Shown: in pieces, positions 18,089 through 24,629 of the stretch
How positions within the stretch are numbered: the stretch's first letter is position 1
Layout: the number at the start of each line of letters is the position of its first letter
Assembly: GCA_019057635.1 (NCBI GenBank)
Contig: DXJL01000034.1
Coordinates: forward strand, 1 to 24,629
Length of the DNA stretch: 24,629 nt
Direction of reading: 5' to 3'
DNA from: Candidatus Heimdallarchaeota archaeon
GTDB lineage: Archaea; Asgardarchaeota; Heimdallarchaeia; Hodarchaeales; Hodarchaeaceae
The notes under the pieces: generated by a model
Told to the model about the DNA's origin: nothing
The model's input: the letters and a program-made list of their open reading frames with translations, nothing else
Databases searched by the model: none
Position numbers and translations under genes: made by a program

Positions 18089-18652
18089 TTATGAAGAGGT
18101 TTGGGTTTCAACATAATCGAGATAAACATTTCCGAGCGCGTCAAAAGCAGCTGATACGTTTAACCCCGATTTTGCAGATGTAGGCATATATTTTATTGAA
18201 AAACCCGACTTTTGTGTATCTTCAGATTTCTTTGCAGCAAACTCCTCGGCTTGGGCATCAGTTACGTGATTGGGGAATGATTCCCTGAGATCAACTTTGT
18301 TTCCTAAAAGAACCACGGGAATAGCACCCTTCCCATTGTGCTTGTAAATCTCATCAATCCACGAGTCGAGATTGGTAAAGGTATCTGGACGAGTAACATC
18401 AAAAACAAGTAGTGCCCCAAGACAGCCATAATAGTAAACGCTACGGACGGTACCAAATCGGGGTTGTCCTGCAAGATCCCAGATCTGAAATTTGATTGAT
18501 TTTTCTCTAATAGTTGCTTCTTTAAGCGCAAAATCGGCTCCAATGGTCATCATGTAGTTACTAGAGAAGCCCTTTCCTAGATATCGCTCTCGTAATGCTG
18601 TTTTTCCTACGGCTCCATCGCCTGCGAGGACTATTTTCATCAAAAAACTCAT
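18089..18652 (-). CDS. Rab-like small GTPase (Ras superfamily)
   Basis: G1 GDGAVGKT, G2 T, G3 WDLAGQ, G4 NKVD, G5 TSAK. RabF-like IGADF, KFQIW, RFGTV, YYYGC, LVFDVT. GAGGT upstream. Confidence 0.93.
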   Translation of the reverse strand: MSFLMKIVLAGDGAVGKTALRERYLGKGFSSNYMMTIGADFALKEATIREKSIKFQIWDLAGQPRFGTVRSVYYYGCLGALLVFDVTRPDTFTNLDSWIDEIYKHNGKGAIPVVLLGNKVDLRESFPNHVTDAQAEEFAAKKSEDTQKSGFSIKYMPTSAKSGLNVSAAFDALGNVYLDYVETQTSS

Positions 18653-18932
18653 TTAATTACCTCATTTTTAATTATCAATCGTTGGTGACACTCGATTATC
18701 CGTTAATACTGTGGATAATAAATATCTAATAAACTTTCCTTTAAGAATATCTTGAAAATATCACTGGACAGAACTAAATTTAAAGGTTTTCAATTGAATT
18801 GAATTGAGAAAATGTTTCTTTTAGGAATATAAATGTGATCAAGCATTATTCTTGTCTTAAATAATTACGAGCTACTATCTCCCATCATGAATCGAAATTT
18901 AATGAGGATAAAATCATAATTTTATTTGAACC

Positions 18933-19865
18933 TTAGATTTTTTTGTAACCAGCTATGGCATCTTCTTCCCAAGTTTCTAATTGAACTTGATGCCAGCGAG
19001 TGGCAATTCGGCCTTGATGAAGAGCAATTTGACTGGCCGTCCAGATCCACTTCTGAGTCAGTACTAGGATTCGCTCGACACCTAAAAATTCAAGTGGAGG
19101 GATACTCAAGATCTCATTCAGAATTGTACCAATAAGTTGCTCATCAATCAAATTTTCTTGAACAATAATCCACACTAGTCCTCCTGTATTCTCATCAATA
19201 CCAATCAAGTCGACAGTCCCAGCAATAGGAGGAGGAATAATTACACTCAAGTACGCACAGCCGAATTTTCGATAGTTTACTGCCGCACGTATGATTAAAT
19301 CCCCTTTTCGATTCTCAGATCGGGTGATTAATGAGTTATGGATCGATCTGATTATTTGGGGTTTACTGGCAAAAATCTCCCATAAAAGTGCTTTTTTGTC
19401 TCGAATCCAATCGGAAGGTTTAGGAGGGAGATCTGAGTGAAAGAGAAGATCAAGTAATTGAGGAGTGTCTAACAATTCATAATTGATTAAATCTTTTACA
19501 AAATCTTTCGAAATGACTTCTCTTTGGGTGGAATAAAACCAACTTCTCTTAATTTGATCTACTGGTTTAACACTTGGAGACAGTCGAGAGAAATGAAATC
19601 CAAAAGCTAACCCAAGTTGATGGGCTCGATCGACAGTAATTTCAGCCATTGTACTGTTGCATTTAGGACATAAATATTCAGAACTCTGTTTATCACGACC
19701 AAGGACGTCATTACAGAGATATTTCTCCTGACAATTGCGACAGTAGTAGATAATTTCTTCCGCTTGAGTTTTAACGTCTTTTTCCCTTGAATGTTTACAG
19801 ACATGGCATGGTCCATCGCAGACCACTTTTGATTCATACTCGCTTGTGACTTCCATCTCAACCAA
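18933..19865 (-). CDS. Hypothetical protein: N-terminal Cys-rich Zn-binding region plus C-terminal alpha/beta domain
   Basis: CDGPCHVC, CRNC....C, CPKC; C-terminal GTVDLIGID...LVWIIV. Confidence 0.6.
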   Translation of the reverse strand: MVEMEVTSEYESKVVCDGPCHVCKHSREKDVKTQAEEIIYYCRNCQEKYLCNDVLGRDKQSSEYLCPKCNSTMAEITVDRAHQLGLAFGFHFSRLSPSVKPVDQIKRSWFYSTQREVISKDFVKDLINYELLDTPQLLDLLFHSDLPPKPSDWIRDKKALLWEIFASKPQIIRSIHNSLITRSENRKGDLIIRAAVNYRKFGCAYLSVIIPPPIAGTVDLIGIDENTGGLVWIIVQENLIDEQLIGTILNEILSIPPLEFLGVERILVLTQKWIWTASQIALHQGRIATRWHQVQLETWEEDAIAGYKKI

Positions 19866-20035
19866 CTGTGGATGTGAGTGTGTTTTTTATTTTAATTGTG
19901 TATTTTCAAAGAATAGATAAATTTTTTTGCTATCAAAAGAAATTAGTTTTTTCTTGATTTTCTTCCTTCCTTTTTTATTTTCGTAGACCTCTCTCATTCT
20001 CTAGATTTCTGGGTGCTTATAAGGAGTCTGAGACA

Positions 20036-20662
20036 GTGAGAATACTGAAGATGAAAACGATGAATCATTTAAGCAAATTAGTTGAACCTCTTTCGATCCG
20101 TGATTATCTAAATTTAGACTTACACTCCTGGTTAGTGGAGTTCGATGTGAGTGATTTTGGGGCATCTTTATCCACTCTCTTCGAACTCCCACTTCCAGTT
20201 TACCTATCTCAAGCAAAAGATTTTTTCTGGACTTTCATATCCCACTTTTTTACAGACTGTTCTATCAGTTTCATTCTCAGAACTGACCAAGATACTGTTG
20301 ATTTAGCTTTTCTTGGCCGCTGGAAAAACCAAAATTTAGCGATTCCATTGTGGATCATGAATGACACGTTAATTGGCTTTGAAATTCTTCCTTCTGTTAA
20401 TTACAGTGTAATAGGTTCTTATCCCTTGACTTTTGAATCTCCTTTCAAAAAAATCTCTCAAGATACAAAAAATAAAAAAGTTATCGTCTTAGACAATGAA
20501 TTGTATCATGGAAATATGCTCTATTTAAGAATTATAATTAATTCAATTATACTATCAGATTACCAGCAAATAGATGAGTTAGCTTTCTTTGAAAGGATTG
20601 CTTCTACTGTAACACCTGAAATGGACGAAAATTTCCATAATGATGAGGCATCTGATAACTAA
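20036..20662 (+). CDS. Hypothetical protein
   Basis: 208-aa open frame filling the gap between genes; no certain family. Start uncertain (ATG 20051/20060 possible). Confidence 0.55.
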   Translation: MRILKMKTMNHLSKLVEPLSIRDYLNLDLHSWLVEFDVSDFGASLSTLFELPLPVYLSQAKDFFWTFISHFFTDCSISFILRTDQDTVDLAFLGRWKNQNLAIPLWIMNDTLIGFEILPSVNYSVIGSYPLTFESPFKKISQDTKNKKVIVLDNELYHGNMLYLRIIINSIILSDYQQIDELAFFERIASTVTPEMDENFHNDEASDN

Positions 20663-20686
20663 TTTAGTTGGTTTATTCTCCTCTCT

Positions 20687-20977
20687 TCAGGTAACCACTC
20701 CAATTTCGATTTTTTTAACCTTGCCACAAGTAAGCGAATTTAATTGTATTTCCATATCTTTGGACTTTATTTCGAGTTGGTGATAGACCTCCTCCAGATA
20801 TTCAACTTCTTGAAAAAAAACTTGAATTTCGAACTTATTTTTTCCATCTTTTTGCCGAATTTTTCTTATTTTTCTTGGTAGATGATCAAATGGGCAGATG
20901 CCCAACAAAGATTGTAGAAGAGTTCTTTTTCCGACCCGATATTCGAATTCAAGTGTGAAGGTGATGTAAGGCTTCAT
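20687..20977 (-). CDS. Small hypothetical protein, possibly ACT/ferredoxin-like fold
   Basis: 96 aa with a beta-alpha-beta-beta-alpha-beta-like hydrophobic pattern. Confidence 0.45.
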   Translation of the reverse strand: MKPYITFTLEFEYRVGKRTLLQSLLGICPFDHLPRKIRKIRQKDGKNKFEIQVFFQEVEYLEEVYHQLEIKSKDMEIQLNSLTCGKVKKIEIGVVT

Positions 20978-21171
20978 TCAAACGAGTTTCCAGTATTCCC
21001 AAAATTAAAAATGGACTTGTAGATAATGCTGGAATGATAAAGAAAAAAGGTTTCCGTATTGACTAAAGAGACAAATTATTCATTATTTCGCTAGAAAATT
21101 TCCGAAAACATTGTAACCACGGAGATTTAATTATTGATTTTGTTAAAGTACTCAAGGATTCGTCTAGATCT

Positions 21172-21453
21172 TCAATAAGTAATTTGAAAACCAGAATACT
21201 CACGGATTTTAATCTCATTCCACTTAACATCAGTTTTTGTGACTCTAGAACCTGGTGATCCCTTTTTTTGGGCCCAGTTCACAAATTTAGCCAATGATTC
21301 CTTTGACCCCTCAGCCAAAATTTCTACTCGCCCATCAGGAAGATTTCGTACAAAACCTGAAACATCAGATAATTCACGGGCAAATTTCTGGGTGTACACC
21401 CGAAAAAATACCATTTGTACTTTTCCTGAAACTAGTATTTGGACGCGTTGCAT
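21172..21453 (-). CDS. acyP: Acylphosphatase
   Basis: VSGKVQMVFFR (canonical GxVQGVxFR), GFVRNLPDGRVEILAEG, GSPGSRV. Confidence 0.92.
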   Translation of the reverse strand: MQRVQILVSGKVQMVFFRVYTQKFARELSDVSGFVRNLPDGRVEILAEGSKESLAKFVNWAQKKGSPGSRVTKTDVKWNEIKIREYSGFQITY

Positions 21454-21461
21454 TTTAGTGA

Positions 21462-22562
21462 TTAGTCAGCTCGATCTCCTGCAATGAATTCTTCAAAACG
21501 TTTCACTGCATCCTGTTCACCTACGTGAACTGGAGGATATTTAAAGCCATAAGCAGACACTGAGAGCAGTGGTCCATCTATTCCAAGGTTTAAAGCTATT
21601 TTGGTGGCTCTTATTATATTAACCAGTGTTCCTGCTGCATTAGGTCCATCTGTTGTCTTGATTGTGATGTCTATTTTAAAGGGTGTATCACACATATAAT
21701 TTCCGTAAATCCAGAAATAACCTGTTCTGGTATTGCCTAAGAAATCAAGATAATCCGTTGTTCCAGAAGCTATATCGTCGTCTTTCAAGTAAGGCAAGAT
21801 TCGTTTTATACTCTCGGTTTTTATTTTTCTTTTTTCAAATCTCCGATCTGTATATAGAGTATTCATTCCTTCACTACCCCCTGAGACATCTAATTGATAG
21901 GTGTTTTTCACTTTTGCTCCGAAAGCATCTAGCATCTCCAACAATCCTTTGTGGATTCTTGTTCCACCAAGTTGAGATTGAAGATCGTCACCAACTACTG
22001 GCAGATTAGCTTTTTTGAATTTTCTTACCCACTGATCGTCAGAACAAATTCTGGTCGGTGATGCTTCGATAAACGCCATTTCTGCAGCAATTGCAGCATT
22101 TGCATAGGCATATGTAGCTTCTTTTGCTCCAGAAGGAAGAAGAGAAACAACCATATCAGCTTTACTTTCTTTAAATTCTTTAACGAGATCTTGATTTGAC
22201 GGAGGTGAAATAACCTCAACAGTCTCTCCTAACATGGGAGAAATACCATCTAATACAGGCCCTCCTTTGACTATAATACCCAAAGGTGATGAAAATTCAA
22301 CAAACTTAGAAGCCACATTGGGTTCAGCAAATATTGCCTCACTTAAGTCTCTATTCACCTTACTTTTAACAACATCGTAAGCAGCAACTATTTCAATATC
22401 TTCTAACCTCATTCCCCCAATCGTTTCATATTTCAATACAGATGTATCGTGTTCTGAGTAATATTTCAGTGCCTGAACAAAGGCAGATGTTGCATTACCC
22501 ACACCAACTAGAATAACTCTTGCTTTCACCACATTGCTGACATCCCATTCATAAAAAAGCAT
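21462..22562 (-). CDS. ino1: Myo-inositol-1-phosphate (inositol-3-phosphate) synthase
   Basis: VGVGNATSAFVQ, DLSEAIFA, LPSG, GDDLQSQLGGT, TYQLDVSG, KIKTES, DGPNAAG, FKYPP. Confidence 0.88.
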   Translation of the reverse strand: MLFYEWDVSNVVKARVILVGVGNATSAFVQALKYYSEHDTSVLKYETIGGMRLEDIEIVAAYDVVKSKVNRDLSEAIFAEPNVASKFVEFSSPLGIIVKGGPVLDGISPMLGETVEVISPPSNQDLVKEFKESKADMVVSLLPSGAKEATYAYANAAIAAEMAFIEASPTRICSDDQWVRKFKKANLPVVGDDLQSQLGGTRIHKGLLEMLDAFGAKVKNTYQLDVSGGSEGMNTLYTDRRFEKRKIKTESIKRILPYLKDDDIASGTTDYLDFLGNTRTGYFWIYGNYMCDTPFKIDITIKTTDGPNAAGTLVNIIRATKIALNLGIDGPLLSVSAYGFKYPPVHVGEQDAVKRFEEFIAGDRAD

Positions 22563-22866
22563 TTAATTTGATATTTGATTTATTATTGAGTAATTAAGAA
22601 TTTTTTTAGTACCTCTAAGTATTTAACCTCACAAGGAGATAAGAATTCCTTTCCCTCTATTATATAACTTTGCTTAGTGAATTTCTCCTTATTCAGGCCT
22701 CTACTCATGATGTTGTTAATTAATACTTCTAACCCGCATAGATTTACAAATACAATAGAATCTATTCGGATTAATGGCCTAGCCTAACTATCCGCATTTA
22801 TATTAATTAGGTTTTTAAGTTGATAATCGGTTAATTAAACAAGTTACTTTAATTTGGGCGGCTCAA

Positions 22867-23640
22867 ATGGTCAAACTTTTTAAACGAAAAAAAGAGAAGA
22901 AAACAGCCAATTTCAGATTTAATGCTTCTATAAAACTAAAGGATCTCCCTCTCGAAGAATATTCGCATGTAACATTTGCATTTCAAACGGCAGTACTCAG
23001 ATTCGAACGTATGTTGAAAGAATCCCTTTTGGAAGGTTATATTACGTCCACCACATTGGAACGAATTTCTCAAGAATTTAATTTTATGAATATACGTGAT
23101 CTAACCATTCCCGAGATTGATACAGTACGTACGATGTTTGGCCAAGAATCAAAAGAGCCTTTTGCTAAGAAACATGTACCTGTGGTTGAAAGAGAAGTGG
23201 TTCCTGAAGCTGTGGCTTCAAGTGAGCCTGAACCGACCATATCCGTTCCTAGTGTCACACCCGAAGCTATTCCTACATTGTCTGAAGTACCTATAGAACC
23301 CACTCCCGCACCTGTTGAGAAACCTATACCAACAATCAGTTTTTCATTCCCCACTGCAGCCTCAGAACCTTTACCCGCAGCTAGTCCTAAACCAGAGACA
23401 ACTGTCAGTCAACCTGAGGTTAAAAAGCCAACGACACCCAGTCCATTAACACCACCATCCATTCCAAAAATTTCTTTCCCTTCAAGTGCTAAACCATCTG
23501 AAACAGCACCTACAAATCCATTGGCTCAAGTTCGTGGACGTCGTGAAGAGGATCGTGCTACAGGAATTGCGATTCTGCGAAAGCAAATGTTAACAGAATT
23601 GAAAAAGATTCGTTCGGTTGTTGCAGAGCAAGATCAATAA
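22867..23640 (+). CDS. Hypothetical protein with Pro/Ser/Thr/Glu-rich disordered middle and a C-terminal amphipathic helix
   Basis: Globular-looking N-terminal ~90 aa, ~120 aa rich in P/S/T/E, then EDRATGIAILRKQMLTELKKIR. Confidence 0.75.
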   Translation: MVKLFKRKKEKKTANFRFNASIKLKDLPLEEYSHVTFAFQTAVLRFERMLKESLLEGYITSTTLERISQEFNFMNIRDLTIPEIDTVRTMFGQESKEPFAKKHVPVVEREVVPEAVASSEPEPTISVPSVTPEAIPTLSEVPIEPTPAPVEKPIPTISFSFPTAASEPLPAASPKPETTVSQPEVKKPTTPSPLTPPSIPKISFPSSAKPSETAPTNPLAQVRGRREEDRATGIAILRKQMLTELKKIRSVVAEQDQ

Positions 23641-23867
23641 ATCTCTTAGGATAAATTATTTCGTAAGATTCATTTCTACCTGTCATTCTTGAAATGATCT
23701 ATTTATAGTTCGCATTTTGCTAGTAGGCGTATGATCCCTGATCCGTACAGTTTATCTAGTTTATTTGTCGCTCTTTTTAATCTAGGAAAAGGATAGAATT
23801 ACAGATACTAGTACGATGATCTGTATATTGTAGTAGAGGATTTTAATTTGATAGACCTTATTTCTGA

Positions 23868-23999
23868 ATCATTTTCGAAAAATTTGTGTTCATTCCAATC
23901 AAGAATTCTGTTATAGGGTCTGGGATTGGTCTTTACGTTTCACGTATGATCATCAAAGCTCATGGTGGAAGTTTAACTGCTGAGAGCAAGGGTTGTTAA
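23868..23999 (+). pseudogene. Remnant of a histidine kinase HATPase_c domain truncated at the IS junction
   Basis: Manual translation IIFEKFVFIPIKNSVIGSGIGLYVSRMIIKAHGGSLTAESKG(C*) shows the F box, G2 box and HGG motif. No start codon; in-frame stop at 23865; the terminal GxxF strand is missing. Confidence 0.8.
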
Positions 24000-24010
24000 C
24001 TATCTATTGA

Positions 24011-24040
24011 AATATAGACAAATATAGACATTTATGGACA
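24011..24040 (+). repeat. Left-end 10-bp tandem direct repeats
   Basis: AATATAGACA AATATAGACA TTTATGGACA. Confidence 0.8.
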
Positions 24041-24285
24041 AATAGGAAAAACAGCTTCAAGAGGAAGAGAGAAACAGAAAGCAGAATAACAAAGGAAAAA
24101 GAAGTAGAGATTAATCCACAGGATTAACAGAGCAATAAACCGATCTCATGGGATTATAATTCTAGTGACAAACTATTTAACCTCTTAAGAATAGAATAGC
24201 GGAAAATAAGCAACTTTGATTTAGATCACGTGGCCTAGTAGGTTTATAAGGAGAAAAGTGCGTAATCAATCAGTATTGCTATGTT

Positions 24286-24629
24286 ATGATAGCGGGTACT
24301 AGTAAGGATGGTCAGGGGTTGCTCCGTATACGAGGGTATAAGTACGAATTACGCGTAAATAACAAGGAACGGACGCTACTGGGTAAATGTACTGGTATAT
24401 CGCGATTTACTTGGAACTGGGGATTAGCCAATCGAAAAGAACGTTATCAAACGCAAACAGGTGATGCTCGTTATACCAATGCAATGAAACAACATAAAGA
24501 ATTAAATCACATGAAACTAACAGATTTTCCTTGGATGTATGAGGTTTCGAAATGCGTCCCGCAAGAGGCACTCCGTGACTTAGATCGTGCCTATCAGAAT
24601 TTCTTCATCAATCAACAAAAAAGAAAAAA
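24286..24629 (+). CDS. tnpB: TnpB RNA-guided endonuclease, N-terminal part (partial)
   Basis: Not in the ORF track. MIAGTSKDGQGLLRIRGYKYELRVNNKERTLLGKCTGISRFTWNWGLA...FPWMYEVSKCVPQEALRDLDRAYQNFF matches the TnpB N-terminal HTH/REC pattern. Alternative start TTG 24319. Confidence 0.9.
   Translation, partial: MIAGTSKDGQGLLRIRGYKYELRVNNKERTLLGKCTGISRFTWNWGLANRKERYQTQTGDARYTNAMKQHKELNHMKLTDFPWMYEVSKCVPQEALRDLDRAYQNFFINQQKRK

Larger units (their letters stand above)
23993..24629 (+). mobile_element. tnpB-only IS607-family-like element (left part; runs off the window)
   Basis: Begins after GG where the kinase frame breaks, followed by subterminal 10-bp direct repeats, a ~290 bp non-coding leader and tnpB. 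No tnpA between the left end and tnpB. Confidence 0.8.

Noticed and set aside
18089-18652. Eukaryotic contamination suggested by the Rab-like gene
   Set aside because: No introns, no prenylation motif, an SD-like GAGGT upstream, and dense archaeal gene context.
21585-21600. AAGGTT-TAAAGCTATT partial guide match in ino1
   Set aside because: Mismatch/indel in the TAM-proximal seed, imperfect TAM and only 10 matching nt.
281-23354. Short overlapping ORFs in the track (e.g. 281-637, 810-1001, 1052-1240, 1947-2177, 2846-3100, 3248-3442, 3453-3761, 4128-4316, 5372-5710, 9435-9653, 12159-12422, 14935-15135, 17372-17596, 17574-17855, 18304-18543, 18926-19135, 19607-19861, 20001-20216, 21239-21487, 21683-22009, 22025-22219, 23070-23354)
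   Set aside because: Antisense or off-frame shadows of well-supported genes, with no recognisable motifs.
23731-23796. 21-codon ORF MIPDPYSLSSLFVALFNLGKG as the kinase's former N-terminus
   Set aside because: Too short, with no diagnostic motif.
24011-24040. 10-bp tandem repeats as a CRISPR array
   Set aside because: Too short, no spacers, no cas genes; better explained as transposon-end repeats. No CRISPR array, tRNA or rRNA was seen in the window.
23993-24285. tnpA gene or group I intron (IStron) in the leader
   Set aside because: No ORF with a serine-recombinase or Y1 motif, and no recognisable intron core in this short purine-rich tract.
24286-24629. Calling the TnpB active, nuclease-dead (TldR-like) or Fanzor
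   Set aside because: The RuvC region is outside the window, so this cannot be judged.

Overview
AT-rich archaeal chromosomal window, most likely from an Asgard archaeon. This is inferred from a Rab-like GTPase, a tandem-roadblock protein, an archaeal type II GAPDH and TATA-type promoters. From left to right it holds: a LolD/FtsX-type ABC transporter pair; a glycosylation cluster (PIG-V-like GT-C, GT2, SDR epimerase/reductase, rfbF, rfbG, GtrA, second GT-C); a divergent RtcB-like protein; DUF998; a GalT-like nucleotidyltransferase whose conserved N-terminus lies upstream of its first ATG; two paralogous winged-helix genes followed by gap; a roadblock/TPR/Rab-like block; acylphosphatase; ino1; a proline-rich protein; and, at the right edge, a tnpB-only IS607-family-like element inserted into a histidine kinase remnant. 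The main unannotated observation is at 13910-14377 (minus strand), a ~470 bp protein-free relative of that element. It keeps the left end and TATA box, fused directly to an apparently intact omega-RNA/right end, so it looks like a stand-alone guide-RNA cassette. Both elements have AAGGG at the same distance from the conserved left-end repeats, which predicts the TAM. All alignments and motif calls were made by eye; no database searches were run.
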